DNA from: Clostridia bacterium
GTDB lineage: Bacteria > Bacillota > Clostridia > Christensenellales > CAG-138
Direction of reading: 5' to 3'
NCBI GenBank assembly: GCA_045603585.1
Contig: JAZUMK010000013.1
Span: 45,914-109,913, forward strand
Length of the DNA: 64,000 nucleotides
Position numbers and translations under genes: made by a program. Within the stretch, counting starts at the first letter, position 1; each line of letters opens with the position of its first letter. The notes under the pieces were generated by a model. The model was given only the letters and a program-made list of their open reading frames with translations, ran no database searches and was not told the DNA's origin. Of this stretch, positions 46,192 to 56,563 are shown piece after piece.

Positions 46192-49100
46192 ATGAGCGGC
46201 TTTACCCATCTGCATGTACATACCCAATACAGCTTATTGGACGGCGCTGCACGCATAAGCGACCTTGTTGCCCGTGCAAAGGAGCTGGGAATGGAAGCCC
46301 TGGCCATAACCGACCATGGGGCAATGTACGGCGTTATTGATTTTTATAAAGAATGCAAAAAGGCAGGCATAAAGCCTTTGCTTGGCATGGAGGCGTATGT
46401 TGCTCCCAATCACCTTGAGAAGAGCGGGCTGCGGGAAAATGCCCATTTGATACTCATATCAAAAAACCTTACCGGATACAGAAACCTTATGCAGCTGTCC
46501 AGCATAGCTTTTCTGGATGGATTCTACTACAGGCCCCGCATCGATTACGAGCTGCTTGAGCAGTATTCCGAGGGGCTTATTTGTCTTTCTGCCTGCCTTG
46601 CAGGCGATATACCTCAGCTGCTGCTTGAAAGACGCTATGAGGATGCATTGGCCCTTGCCGCAAGGCTAAAGGGCATATTTGGCGATGATTTTTATATTGA
46701 GCTGCAGGATCACGGCCTGCCGGAGCAGCGGGAGGTATTGCCCCAGCTTGCAAAGATAGCCGCGGAGCTGAATATAAAAACAGTTGCCACCAACGACGTT
46801 CATTATGTAAGAAAAGAAGACGCTGAATCGCAGGATGTACTGCTTTGCATCCAGACAAACAAAGTGGTAACCGACGAGAACCGCATGAAGATGTCTGCGG
46901 ATGAGTTTTATCTTAAATCCGAAGATGAAATGCGCCTTGCATTGCCCAAATATTCCGAGGCAATTGCAAATACTGCGGAGATAGCGGACAAATGCAGCGT
47001 GGAAATAACCTTCCATGAACAGCACCTGCCGGGATTTACTGCGCCGGATGGGCTTACCAATCTTGAATATCTTACAGAGATATGCCGCAAGGGTTTGGCC
47101 CGAAAGATGCCTGATGCATCAGACGAGGTAAAAGAGCGGCTGGAATACGAAATAAGCGTAATAAATCAGATGGGGTTTGTGGATTACTTCCTCATCGTGT
47201 GGGACTTTGTAAACTTTGCCCATGAAAACGGCATATTTGTAGGCCCCGGCCGAGGAAGCGGCGCGGGAAGCCTTGCCGCATATTCAATGGGCATTACGGA
47301 TACCGACCCAATCAAATACGACCTTATATTCGAGCGTTTTCTTAATCCCGAACGTATATCAATGCCTGACTTTGATATCGATTTCTGTATAGAACGGCGT
47401 CAGGAAGTAATTGATTACGTTGTACATAAATACGGCGCAGACCATGTATGTCAGATAATCACATTCGGTTCCATGGCTGCCCGTTTGGCGGTGCGTGACG
47501 TTGGCCGTGCGCTGGATATGCCCTATGCGGAAGTTGACAGGATAGCCAAGCTTATTCCCAATGCGCTGGGCATGACCCTGACAAAGGCGCTGGAGCTTTC
47601 CACAGAGCTGAAGACCCTTTATGATGGGGATGAAACCGTAAAGAAGCTTATAGATCTTTCGCTTAAGCTGGAAGGCTTGCCGCGCCATGCATCCACCCAT
47701 GCAGCAGGCGTGGTTATATGCGCACAGCCCACAGTGCAGTATGTGCCTCTGCAGCGCAATGAGGATGCCATAACAACTCAGTTCCCAAAAGATACCGTGG
47801 AGGAACTGGGACTGCTTAAGATGGACTTTCTGGGCCTCAGAAACCTCACTGTAATCAGGGATGCCCTTGATTATATCCGTCAGGGCGGCGGGGAGGTGCC
47901 GGATCTTGAGCGGATGAACAACGATGATCCCGCTGTTTATAAAATGATTGCAGAAGGAGATACCGATGGTGTTTTCCAGCTGGAATCCATGGGCATGCGT
48001 CAGTTTATGATGCAGCTTAATCCCGATTGCTTTGAAGACGTTATTGCGGGCATATCCCTTTTCCGCCCCGGTCCAATGGAACAGATACCCAGGTATATTG
48101 CCGGAAAGAATGACAGAAACAACGTTAAATATCTCCACGAAAAGCTTCGCCCGATACTTAGCAAAACCTACGGCTGCATGGTATATCAGGAGCAGGTAAT
48201 GCAGATCGTTCGGGATCTTGCAGGCTATTCCTGGGGACGAAGCGACCTTGTTCGCCCCGCCATGTCCAAGAAAAAGCATGACGTTATGGCCAAGGAGCGG
48301 GAATATTTCATTGACGGCATTGTTGAAGACGGCGTGGTAAAGGTGCCGGGCGCAGTAAGGAATGGCGTAAGCCGCGAAATCGCAAATACCATATTTGACG
48401 AAATGATGGATTTTGCATCCTATGCCTTCAATAAATCACATGCGGCGGCCTATGCGGTGCTTGCATACCGCACCGCATATCTTAAAAAGTATTATCCCGT
48501 GGAGTTTATGACGGCTCTTCTGAACAGCTTTATCGGCAAGGATATGGGCAAGATATCCGAATATGTCAACAGCTGCCGTCAGCATGGCATAGAGGTTTAT
48601 CCACCGGATATAAATAAGAGCCAGGCAAAGTTTTCCGTGGAGAACGGCAGCATTCGCTTTGGATTTGCCGCTATAAAGAATGTCAGCGAAACCGTGACCG
48701 AGCAGATCGCAAGGGAGAGGGAACAGAACGGCCCATTCCGCGATTTTAACGATTTTCTCCGCAGGGGCGAAAGCCTGAATAAGCGCATTGTGGAAGGCCT
48801 GATAAAGGCCGGCTGCTTTGACAGTATGGGCGTAAAGCGCTCTCAGCTGATGCTGGTATACGATCAGGCCATGACATCCGCAGGCAACGACAGAAAGCAG
48901 CGGGCTACCGGCCAGCTTTCTCTGTTTGATATGGCTGGTGCGGATGAAATAGTGGAAGACACCGCCATACCTTTGCCTGATATTGAAGAATACGATCGAA
49001 ACACTCTGCTCAATATGGAGCGTGAGGTAATGGGCATTTACATCAGCGGCCATCCATTGAGCGAATACAGCGAGGAGCTTAAGACCATGGCATCCTGTGC

Positions 49101-49626
49101 GGAGCTTTCTCAGGCGGACGGAACAGGAAGGTATAAGGATAATCAAAAGATTCGTCTGGGCGGCATAATCACCTCAGTCCGAACAAAGCCGGTAAAGAGC
49201 GGCAACGGATTAATGGCATATGCGGTGATTGAAGACCTTACCGGCAGCGTGGAGCTTGCGGCATTCCCATCGGTATTTTCCCGCTGCGCAAGCCGGCTGA
49301 TGGTGGACAGCAAGGTTGCTGTGTCCGGCAAGCTGAACATGCGTGAGGATCAAAACAATACCATTCTGGTGGATGATATAATGCCGCTGGAGAAGTCATC
49401 CTCAATGGGCAAGCTTTACCTCAGGCTGGATATGGGGGATACAAGGATTTTTGACAGGGTGAAAACAGTATTGTCGCGCTTCCCCGGAAACCTGCCTGTA
49501 ATAATGGTGGATTCTGCCACAAGAAAGAGCATGCAGGCTCCCAGAGAATTGTTTATAAATCCTTCAGATGCCGTTATTGACATAATGAAGGAAATGCTTG
49601 GCGAGGAGAACGTAAAGCTGAAATGA
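46192..49626 (+). CDS. dnaE: DNA polymerase III alpha subunit (DnaE type)
   Basis: PHP domain FTHLHVHTQYSLLDGA, ...PDFDIDF..., ...FNKSHAAAYA..., OB-fold C-terminus. 1144 aa. Confidence 0.95.
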   Translation: MSGFTHLHVHTQYSLLDGAARISDLVARAKELGMEALAITDHGAMYGVIDFYKECKKAGIKPLLGMEAYVAPNHLEKSGLRENAHLILISKNLTGYRNLMQLSSIAFLDGFYYRPRIDYELLEQYSEGLICLSACLAGDIPQLLLERRYEDALALAARLKGIFGDDFYIELQDHGLPEQREVLPQLAKIAAELNIKTVATNDVHYVRKEDAESQDVLLCIQTNKVVTDENRMKMSADEFYLKSEDEMRLALPKYSEAIANTAEIADKCSVEITFHEQHLPGFTAPDGLTNLEYLTEICRKGLARKMPDASDEVKERLEYEISVINQMGFVDYFLIVWDFVNFAHENGIFVGPGRGSGAGSLAAYSMGITDTDPIKYDLIFERFLNPERISMPDFDIDFCIERRQEVIDYVVHKYGADHVCQIITFGSMAARLAVRDVGRALDMPYAEVDRIAKLIPNALGMTLTKALELSTELKTLYDGDETVKKLIDLSLKLEGLPRHASTHAAGVVICAQPTVQYVPLQRNEDAITTQFPKDTVEELGLLKMDFLGLRNLTVIRDALDYIRQGGGEVPDLERMNNDDPAVYKMIAEGDTDGVFQLESMGMRQFMMQLNPDCFEDVIAGISLFRPGPMEQIPRYIAGKNDRNNVKYLHEKLRPILSKTYGCMVYQEQVMQIVRDLAGYSWGRSDLVRPAMSKKKHDVMAKEREYFIDGIVEDGVVKVPGAVRNGVSREIANTIFDEMMDFASYAFNKSHAAAYAVLAYRTAYLKKYYPVEFMTALLNSFIGKDMGKISEYVNSCRQHGIEVYPPDINKSQAKFSVENGSIRFGFAAIKNVSETVTEQIAREREQNGPFRDFNDFLRRGESLNKRIVEGLIKAGCFDSMGVKRSQLMLVYDQAMTSAGNDRKQRATGQLSLFDMAGADEIVEDTAIPLPDIEEYDRNTLLNMEREVMGIYISGHPLSEYSEELKTMASCAELSQADGTGRYKDNQKIRLGGIITSVRTKPVKSGNGLMAYAVIEDLTGSVELAAFPSVFSRCASRLMVDSKVAVSGKLNMREDQNNTILVDDIMPLEKSSSMGKLYLRLDMGDTRIFDRVKTVLSRFPGNLPVIMVDSATRKSMQAPRELFINPSDAVIDIMKEMLGEENVKLK

Positions 49627-50984
49627 ACCTTAGACCACCGGTAGAAAAAAACGACGATATAGAGCTGGTAATTACCGCCCTCAGCTCAGAGGGGCAGGGA
49701 ATTGGCCGTATAGATGGGTATACGGTCTTTGTTCCGTATGCTATACTGGGAGAACAGGTACGCGCCCACGTCATTAAGGTTACCTCCGGCTATGCCGTAG
49801 CGAAGCTTACGGAGATTATTAAAAAATCGGACGAACGTACGGAGGATACCTGCCCGGTTTATCCGCGCTGCGGCGGATGTACCCTGCGGCATTTGGCATA
49901 CCCTGCCCAGTTGACGGCAAAAACCAGGCAGGTGCAGGATGCGCTTATTCGCCTTGGCAAGTTTGAAGCTCCCGAAGTTTTGCCCTGCATAGGCATGGAT
50001 GATCCCGAATGTTACCGCAACAAGGGCAGCTTCCCCATGGGCTATGATGAAAACTTCAAGGTGACCCCAGGATTTTTTGCCCAGCGAAGCCACAGGATAA
50101 TTCCAATTTCAGATTGCGCAATTCAGTCCTCCGACGTTATGGCGGTAACCAATGCCGTGGCAGAATGGGCAAATATGTATTCGATTCCGCCCTATGATGA
50201 GACCACCCGCAAGGGCGTACTTCGCCATGCAATGGCAAGAACATCCCATGAAGGCGTGCTTGCGCTGGTCGTAACCTCCGGAAAGCTTCCTCATGTAGAA
50301 GCACTTGTTGAGCTGCTGAGGCAGAAAATTCCAAACCTCACAGGCGTGGTTCACAATATAAACTCCAAGGACACCAATGTTATCCTTGGCGATAAGTTCA
50401 TCACACTGTGGGGAAGCGACAGGCTGAATACCACCATAGCGGGCCATACATTCGGCGCATCCATGGCATCCTTCCTGCAGGTAAATCCTCAGCAGACAGA
50501 GGTGCTGTATGGAAAGGCGCTGGAATATCTGGGCCTTGAAGGCGGGGAACGTGTGGCCGATGTATACTGCGGAATAGGCACAATTACCCTTATGCTGGCA
50601 GAGCATGCGGGCCATGTGACAGGTATAGAATGTGTTCCTGCTGCCATTGCGGATGCAAAGGTAAACGCCAAAAACAACGGCATATCCAATGTGGATTTTA
50701 TATGCGATACAGCGGAAGCTGCTTTGCCCATGCTGGTTGCCGACGGCCTGCGCATTGACGCTGCGGTAATAGACCCGCCCAGAAAGGGCTGCGAAAGGGC
50801 TGCTCTTGATGCACTTGCAGACAGCGGCGTTGAGCGCATAGTATATGTTTCCTGCAATCCTGCCACCATGGCGAGGGACTGCCGCATTCTTGCGGACAGG
50901 GGATATACCCTTGTTAAGGCTCAGCCTGTGGATATGTTCCCGCATACACATCATGTGGAGACTGTTGCACTGCTTACCAGGTGA
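49623..50984 (+). CDS. rlmD: 23S rRNA (uracil-5-)-methyltransferase RlmD/RumA family
   Basis: TRAM domain, CPVYPRCGGC Fe-S motif, DVYCGIGT SAM motif, DPPRKG, YVSCNPAT. Confidence 0.9.
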   Translation: MNLRPPVEKNDDIELVITALSSEGQGIGRIDGYTVFVPYAILGEQVRAHVIKVTSGYAVAKLTEIIKKSDERTEDTCPVYPRCGGCTLRHLAYPAQLTAKTRQVQDALIRLGKFEAPEVLPCIGMDDPECYRNKGSFPMGYDENFKVTPGFFAQRSHRIIPISDCAIQSSDVMAVTNAVAEWANMYSIPPYDETTRKGVLRHAMARTSHEGVLALVVTSGKLPHVEALVELLRQKIPNLTGVVHNINSKDTNVILGDKFITLWGSDRLNTTIAGHTFGASMASFLQVNPQQTEVLYGKALEYLGLEGGERVADVYCGIGTITLMLAEHAGHVTGIECVPAAIADAKVNAKNNGISNVDFICDTAEAALPMLVADGLRIDAAVIDPPRKGCERAALDALADSGVERIVYVSCNPATMARDCRILADRGYTLVKAQPVDMFPHTHHVETVALLTR

Positions 50985-51006
50985 TTTATATTCGGAGGTG
51001 TGCATT

Positions 51007-51258
51007 TTGAAAAAGGCCGTATCATGGATATTTACCATAGCCTTAGCCGTATTTGTGATCGACTGGGGCGTTATGGGGCTGAAGATATTTGATAATGATT
51101 ACAATATAACTGTGGAAGCTTATATAGCTTTAGTCTGCTTTGTGCTGATTTTTATTTGTGCAATGTACAAGATATTCAGCCGAAGCAGATGCAGACACTG
51201 CGGCAAATTCAGATGGACAGACGGAGAATATTGTGCTTATTGCGGAAATAAAGCATAG
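51007..51258 (+). CDS. Small membrane protein with a C-terminal zinc ribbon
   Basis: GGAGGTG RBS lies 6 nt before TTG 51007. Two TM segments are followed by CRHCGKF...CAYCGNK. The upstream part of track ORF 50845..51258 overlaps rlmD and is discounted. Confidence 0.5.
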   Translation: MKKAVSWIFTIALAVFVIDWGVMGLKIFDNDYNITVEAYIALVCFVLIFICAMYKIFSRSRCRHCGKFRWTDGEYCAYCGNKA

Positions 51259-51324
51259 ATATTTCTGCGATTTTCAACAAAAATAACTTTGTTTTATATT
51301 TCATAAAAAAACGGGCGGGGATAC

Positions 51325-51687
51325 ATGATAAATGCTCTGATCGGCCGCAGGTTGGCCAAGGCAATAATTGCCGTAATAATACTGGTGTATTTTATGGCGA
51401 GAACAACCAGCCCTAAAATTATATTTGCCCCATTTCTGGTTTGTGCGTTTGCAAGCATCGGGAAAAATATTGGCTTGTTATTCGGTAAAAAACGATTTGC
51501 TTTATTTTTTGACAGAGTATTCAAAGTAAGCTTTTTTCTGCTTTGGTTCGGTTTTCTTGCCGTTGTTTGTTATTTCATGATAAGAGACGGCAATTACAGG
51601 ATGCTTCCTTTCACATTGCCATTTTGGCTGGCGGGAATCTTTTTTGTAAAAAGGAAATTCACTAAACAAGACAGAAACAGAGAATAA
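51325..51687 (+). CDS. Hypothetical membrane protein
   Basis: 120 aa with 3-4 hydrophobic segments, in an AT-rich context. Confidence 0.45.
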   Translation: MINALIGRRLAKAIIAVIILVYFMARTTSPKIIFAPFLVCAFASIGKNIGLLFGKKRFALFFDRVFKVSFFLLWFGFLAVVCYFMIRDGNYRMLPFTLPFWLAGIFFVKRKFTKQDRNRE

Positions 51688-51739
51688 ATTCCCATATCAA
51701 TTAGACTGACTACTTTTCAAGAAATGCGGAGGATGGCCT

Positions 51740-53425
51740 ATGGCATGGTACGATGAAGCGGTTTTTTATCACATTTATCCACTTGGACTTACAGGAGCGC
51801 CCAAGCAGAATGAATATGGGGAGCCGGTGCATCGTCTGAATACTTTGTATCCCTGGATTTCCCATATAAAAGAAATAGGATGCAATGCGATATATATCGG
51901 GCCGCTGTTTGAGTCTGTGGGCCATGGATATGAAACCACGGATTATAAAAAGCTGGACAGCAGGCTGGGAACAAACGAGGATCTGACCAACTTTGTTGCC
52001 GAATGTCACAAGCAGGGTATACGGGTTATTTTGGACGGAGTATTCAATCATACCGGCCGGGATTTTTTCGCATTTCAGGATATAAAGCGCAACCGGGAAA
52101 ATTCCCAGTATAAAGACTGGTACTGCAATGTGAATTTCTGGGGCAACAATTCCTATAATGACGGATTTTCATATCAGAATTGGGGCGGATATGATCTTCT
52201 GGTTAAATTGAACCAGAGAAATCCTGCGGTTAAGGATTACATTTGTGATGTGATTCGCTTCTGGGTAAGGGAGTTTGACATTGACGGAATTCGCCTGGAT
52301 GCTGCGGATGTGCTGGATTTCGATTATATGAAGGCACTGCGCCATGTGGCAAATGAAGTGAAGCCTGATTTCTGGCTGATGGGAGAGGTTATCCACGGTA
52401 ACTATTCCCGCTGGGCAAATAACGAAACTCTTCATTCCGTAACCAACTACATGCTTCATAAGGCATTGTATTCAGCTCATAACGACCACAATTATTTTGA
52501 GGTTGCCCATACAATCAAATATGTGAGCGGCATGGCCGGGGGCGGATTGAAGCTTTACAGCTTTGTTGATAATCACGATGTAGAACGCATTTATACAAAG
52601 CTCAGCAACAAAGCGCACTATTATCCAATACACATAATGCTGTATACTTTGCCCGGCATACCTTCCCTTTATTACGGCTCAGAGTTTGGCATTGAGGGAA
52701 GAAAGGAACGCTCCTCGGATGATTCCTTAAGGCCTGCTCTGAATTATGAAGATTACAAGGATGCTGTTAAAACCAATTCCTGCACAAAGCTGATTGCAGC
52801 GTTGGGCAAAATACGCAGAAATACTCCTGCGTTATATAATGGCGAATACAAAGAGCTGGAACTGCAAACCACTCATTTTGCATATGCAAGAATGCTTGAT
52901 GGAAAATCCGTAGTTGTCGCAGTAAATAACAGCGACGGCGATGTTCATATGAACCTTGCCTGCGGCAACTCCGCAGAGTATGTGGGCGCGCTGACAGGAG
53001 AACGGGTAAGCGTACAGGGTGGGCGAATCAATGTACGGGTAAAGGCAAACAGCGGTGAGATATGGATTCCCGCAGAGTTTTACGGCGAAAGCTTTGCCCC
53101 GATAAAAGCTGAGGAAATCAAGCCTGTTCCCAAATCCGAGGTGGCGGAGCAGCCCTGCAAGGCCGAGCCTGTAAAAGCCGCGGAAGAACCGGCGCAGGAA
53201 GAAAAGCCAAAGGCTGAGCCTGAATTTATTCCGGAAGAAAAGCAGCCTGCGATAGTTGCCGTGGATTGGAACAAGGCATATGAGGATATGTCTGTGGAAG
53301 AGCTTCAGCAGGCTATACTGGAAAAAATGAGAAGAAACGGCCCTGTAACAGACTATATGCTTGGCACCGTTATGGAAAACAGGCATCACGGTTCATTGGT
53401 AACATGGGTAAGGAGTTTTAATTAA
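51740..53425 (+). CDS. GH13 alpha-amylase-family glycoside hydrolase with a Pro/Glu/Lys-rich C-terminal extension
   Basis: DGVFNHTG, GIRLDAADV, WLMGEVIHG, FVDNHD conserved GH13 regions I-IV. Confidence 0.9.
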   Translation: MAWYDEAVFYHIYPLGLTGAPKQNEYGEPVHRLNTLYPWISHIKEIGCNAIYIGPLFESVGHGYETTDYKKLDSRLGTNEDLTNFVAECHKQGIRVILDGVFNHTGRDFFAFQDIKRNRENSQYKDWYCNVNFWGNNSYNDGFSYQNWGGYDLLVKLNQRNPAVKDYICDVIRFWVREFDIDGIRLDAADVLDFDYMKALRHVANEVKPDFWLMGEVIHGNYSRWANNETLHSVTNYMLHKALYSAHNDHNYFEVAHTIKYVSGMAGGGLKLYSFVDNHDVERIYTKLSNKAHYYPIHIMLYTLPGIPSLYYGSEFGIEGRKERSSDDSLRPALNYEDYKDAVKTNSCTKLIAALGKIRRNTPALYNGEYKELELQTTHFAYARMLDGKSVVVAVNNSDGDVHMNLACGNSAEYVGALTGERVSVQGGRINVRVKANSGEIWIPAEFYGESFAPIKAEEIKPVPKSEVAEQPCKAEPVKAAEEPAQEEKPKAEPEFIPEEKQPAIVAVDWNKAYEDMSVEELQQAILEKMRRNGPVTDYMLGTVMENRHHGSLVTWVRSFN

Positions 53426-53608
53426 TTGACATACCGCGATAATCCGGCCATAGGCCTGATTATAAATAAAAAATTTATAGGAGAACTGCTTTTTGAGAAA
53501 AATCAGCAAAGCAACGGAGAGTGTGGCGTAAACGGGAGGTTTGCGTAAATACATTCTCACACAAACCTCCCGGCATTGAGGTCAACAATCATCAGGAGGG
53601 AAAAAATA

Positions 53609-54235
53609 ATGAGCAAAAATGGCCACATTATTCGTTTGGAAAGAAAAGAAGATCATAGGGAAGTTGAGACCCTTGTAAGGGAAAGTTTCTGGAATGTATA
53701 CCGTCCCGGCTGCCTTGAGCACTATGTGCTGAATCAGCTGCGGGATGATCCTGCGTTTATACCGGAGCTTGATTTTGTTATGGAAAAGGATGGCAGAATA
53801 ATAGGCCAGAATATTTTCATGAGAGCAGCAATCAAGGCGGATGACGGCAGGGATATCCCCATTTTCACCATGGGACCCATCTGTATTTCGCCTGAGCTTA
53901 AGAGGCAGGGATACGGCAAATTACTGCTGGATTATTCTCTGGAAAGGGCGAAGGAACTTGGTGCAGGAGCGGTATGCTTTGAAGGAAACATTGATTTCTA
54001 CGGAAAAAGCGGATTTACCTTTGCAAGGCAATACGGCATACGATATCATGGACTGCCGGAGGGAGCGGATGATTCTTTTTTCCTGTGCAGGGAGCTGATA
54101 CCGGGATATCTTGAAGGAATCACCGGAGAGTATGCCACTCCCCGGGGATACTTTGTGGATGAGCAGGAGGCAGAGGAGTTTGACAAGCTTTTTGCCCCCA
54201 AAGAAAAGCTCAGGCTTCCGGGACAAATCTTCTAA
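53609..54235 (+). CDS. GNAT-family N-acetyltransferase
   Basis: ...RQGYGKLLLDYSLERAKELGA acetyl-CoA-binding motif. AGGAGGG RBS is present. Confidence 0.8.
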   Translation: MSKNGHIIRLERKEDHREVETLVRESFWNVYRPGCLEHYVLNQLRDDPAFIPELDFVMEKDGRIIGQNIFMRAAIKADDGRDIPIFTMGPICISPELKRQGYGKLLLDYSLERAKELGAGAVCFEGNIDFYGKSGFTFARQYGIRYHGLPEGADDSFFLCRELIPGYLEGITGEYATPRGYFVDEQEAEEFDKLFAPKEKLRLPGQIF

Positions 54236-54308
54236 AGTGAACGAATAACAGTTTACCGGCGCACCGTGAAAAAGTGCGCCGGTACAATAAGGAAAGTGAA
54301 GCTTGAAT

Positions 54309-55523
54309 ATGAAAAAAGACGGTCTGCTGTTTCGGTTTAAAAATTCATATCTGGAGGATTCAAAGTATAAGGTATTTCTTATATCTTTGTTGATAACCGG
54401 TTTGTCTTTCGGCCTGTATAAGGGCATGCTGGACAACTTTCTTGCGGAGGTTGTGGGCATGGGTGAAATGGACAGAGGAATTACGGAGTTTTTCAGAGAG
54501 ATACCCGGAATATTGCTGGTGTTTATTCTTGCGGCCTTTTATATGCTGTCCGCAGAGTCGCTGTATAAGATGGGTGCGGTGATTATGCTTGCAGGCATGG
54601 GGATGCATGCTGTACTGCCACCTACAAAGATACTGGCCACATTGGCAATATGCGTGTATTCTTTGGGCGAGCATATTCAGCTGGGAATGAAAAGCACCCT
54701 TGCGCTGAACTACGCAAAGCCGGAGCGGGGCGGAGCAGCATTGGGAGCTCAGACTGCAGTATATCAGGTGGGAACGCTGGCGGGATATCTTGTTATTGTA
54801 ATTGCATTTTCCATGATTGCCGGAGGGCAGCCGTATACGGCTTTCTTTGGCCTTGCTGCGGTGCTTGCTGCAATAAGTATGGGATTTTCCTTTGGTTTAA
54901 GCGGAAAAAGCGAAACCGATAAGAATAAGCGCAGGTTTTATTTCCGCAAAAAATACTCAAAATACTATATGCTGGAAATGTTTTACGGAGCACGCAAGCA
55001 GGTATTCCTTACATTCGGCCCGTATGTGCTGATACTGTTTTACGGGGCAAATGCCGCAACAATAAGCCTGCTGTTTGCCATATCCGCCGTTGCCTGTTTC
55101 TTTGCTTCACCGATTGTAGGCCGCATAATAGATCGCGTTGGCTATAAAACGGTAATGGTTGCGGACACTCTCATTCTTGTGATCGTATGCTTCTTTTATG
55201 GCTTTGCCCATCATCTGTTTTCCATGAAAACCGCATTTATAGTATGCTGTATAAACTATGTTCTGGATTCCGTCATATCTCTGGCATCCATGGCATCAAA
55301 CATGTATGTGAAGGATTTGTCCGACGGGCCGGATGAAATGAAGGCCACAATATCCACAGGCCTTTCTATAAATCATGTTATAACAATATTTATAGCGCTG
55401 TTTGGCGGCTGGATATGGCAGACACTGGGAATAGAACTGTTGTTTATTACTTCTGCGGTATTGGGCCTTTTCAACAGCGCATACGCAGCAACCATTAAGA
55501 CAAGGCAGCAGATCACAGGATAA
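54309..55523 (+). CDS. MFS transporter
   Basis: ~12 TM segments, with a GRIIDRVGYK loop motif between TM helices. Confidence 0.8.
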   Translation: MKKDGLLFRFKNSYLEDSKYKVFLISLLITGLSFGLYKGMLDNFLAEVVGMGEMDRGITEFFREIPGILLVFILAAFYMLSAESLYKMGAVIMLAGMGMHAVLPPTKILATLAICVYSLGEHIQLGMKSTLALNYAKPERGGAALGAQTAVYQVGTLAGYLVIVIAFSMIAGGQPYTAFFGLAAVLAAISMGFSFGLSGKSETDKNKRRFYFRKKYSKYYMLEMFYGARKQVFLTFGPYVLILFYGANAATISLLFAISAVACFFASPIVGRIIDRVGYKTVMVADTLILVIVCFFYGFAHHLFSMKTAFIVCCINYVLDSVISLASMASNMYVKDLSDGPDEMKATISTGLSINHVITIFIALFGGWIWQTLGIELLFITSAVLGLFNSAYAATIKTRQQITG

Positions 55524-55545
55524 ATAATTCTCTGGAGGAAATATC

Positions 55546-55830
55546 ATGAAAAAGGCATATGCGGCAAGCCTGTGCAAAAACGGACTGCTGGGCGGCGGTT
55601 TGTTTCTGGATGAGGAAAAGGCGGCATTTCGCACAGGCAAGATAACAGTGCCTGCAAGGCTAAAAAATCTGGAGCTTTATTACAATAATATCGATAAAAT
55701 AAGCAAAGGCAGCATATTGCTGCTGCCTACTGTGATTTTTAACATGAAGAACGGAGAAGAGTGGCGTTTTGTTGTATTCGGCCGCAATGATTTTATAAAA
55801 AACATCGGCTACTTCGTAAGGGTAAAGTGA
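55546..55830 (+). CDS. Hypothetical small protein
   Basis: 94-aa ORF with a GGAGGA RBS. No motif recognised. Its 3' end overlaps the convergent crp-family gene by 22 nt. Confidence 0.45.
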   Translation: MKKAYAASLCKNGLLGGGLFLDEEKAAFRTGKITVPARLKNLELYYNNIDKISKGSILLLPTVIFNMKNGEEWRFVVFGRNDFIKNIGYFVRVK

Positions 55831-56465
55831 TTTTTACGGTACTTTATCAGCCCGTCATCACGCATTTTACCAAGCTCTTTGGAAAGAGCGGTTCGCTCGA
55901 TATTTAAATAATCCGCAAGCTGCTGCCGGTCAAAGGGAATGTCAAAATCCGTGGAGTACTTCTGAAGGGAGATGCTGTTCAGATAGGACAGCACTCGTCC
56001 GCGGATGGTCTTTGGGGAGGTATGAAAGCTTCGGCCGGAAAGCAGAAGATTTTTCCGGGAGGATATTGTAAGCAGATTTGCGATAAGTTTATATTTCCAT
56101 GGATCTGACGACGCCGAGGAGTGATCCAGCCTGCCTATGCTCAGGAAAAGAATATTGCAGTTTTCATTGGCTCTTACGTCTACCAACAGCACTTCGCCGC
56201 CTGTCATGGCATAGGTTTCAGCAAAGGAGCCGCCTGCCTCAACGTGGCTGAGGATACTGCAGTTCCCCCACAGGTCGTTGTTTTCGATGGTTACGCTTCC
56301 GGACAAAACAAGCCCCATGCTGTCAGTGGTATCACCGGCATGAAGTATCAGCTGACCTTTTTTGTAGTGTTTTTCCCTTGCAGACAGGCTTGTGATGCAT
56401 TGATTCAGTTCGGCATCAGTCATTCCGCGAAAAAGCATCAGATGCTTAAGTTTTTCAAAATCCAT
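55809..56465 (-). CDS. Crp/Fnr-family transcriptional regulator
   Basis: cNMP-binding-like N-terminus (LFRGM...) and C-terminal HTH RQQLADYLNIERTALSKELGKM. ATG at 56465 follows a GGAGA RBS. Confidence 0.85.
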   Translation of the reverse strand: MDFEKLKHLMLFRGMTDAELNQCITSLSAREKHYKKGQLILHAGDTTDSMGLVLSGSVTIENNDLWGNCSILSHVEAGGSFAETYAMTGGEVLLVDVRANENCNILFLSIGRLDHSSASSDPWKYKLIANLLTISSRKNLLLSGRSFHTSPKTIRGRVLSYLNSISLQKYSTDFDIPFDRQQLADYLNIERTALSKELGKMRDDGLIKYRKNHFTLTK

Positions 56466-56485
56466 TTTTGTCTCCAAAATGTTTT

Positions 56486-56509
56486 AATATGTGGTTAAAA
56501 CCACATATT
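56486..56509. promoter_or_regulatory. CRP/FNR-type palindromic operator in the divergent intergenic region
   Basis: AATATGTGGTT-AA-AACCACATATT, with perfect 11-bp arms. The core TGTGG-N6-CCACA resembles the TGTGA-N6-TCACA class. Confidence 0.55.
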
Positions 56510-56563
56510 TTTTATTTGGATTCTACTACAATACATACAACAAAACAAGAGGAGGATAGCTTA

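Noticed and set aside
50845-51006. Upstream part of track ORF 50845..51258, overlapping the rlmD 3' end.
   Set aside because: It is out of frame with and inside rlmD. A GGAGGTG RBS precedes an internal TTG at 51007, which starts the hydrophobic zinc-ribbon peptide.
53533-53572. 10-bp hairpin GGGAGGTTTG...CAAACCTCCC upstream of the GNAT gene, as a possible riboswitch or terminator.
   Set aside because: There is no adjacent T-run on either strand and no recognisable riboswitch core. An isolated stem is not enough to support a call.
54256-54286. 11-bp perfect hairpin TACCGGCGCAC...GTGCGCCGGTA after the GNAT gene.
   Set aside because: It is probably a terminator-like element but lacks a U-tract. 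Its function is uncertain, so it is not listed as a feature.
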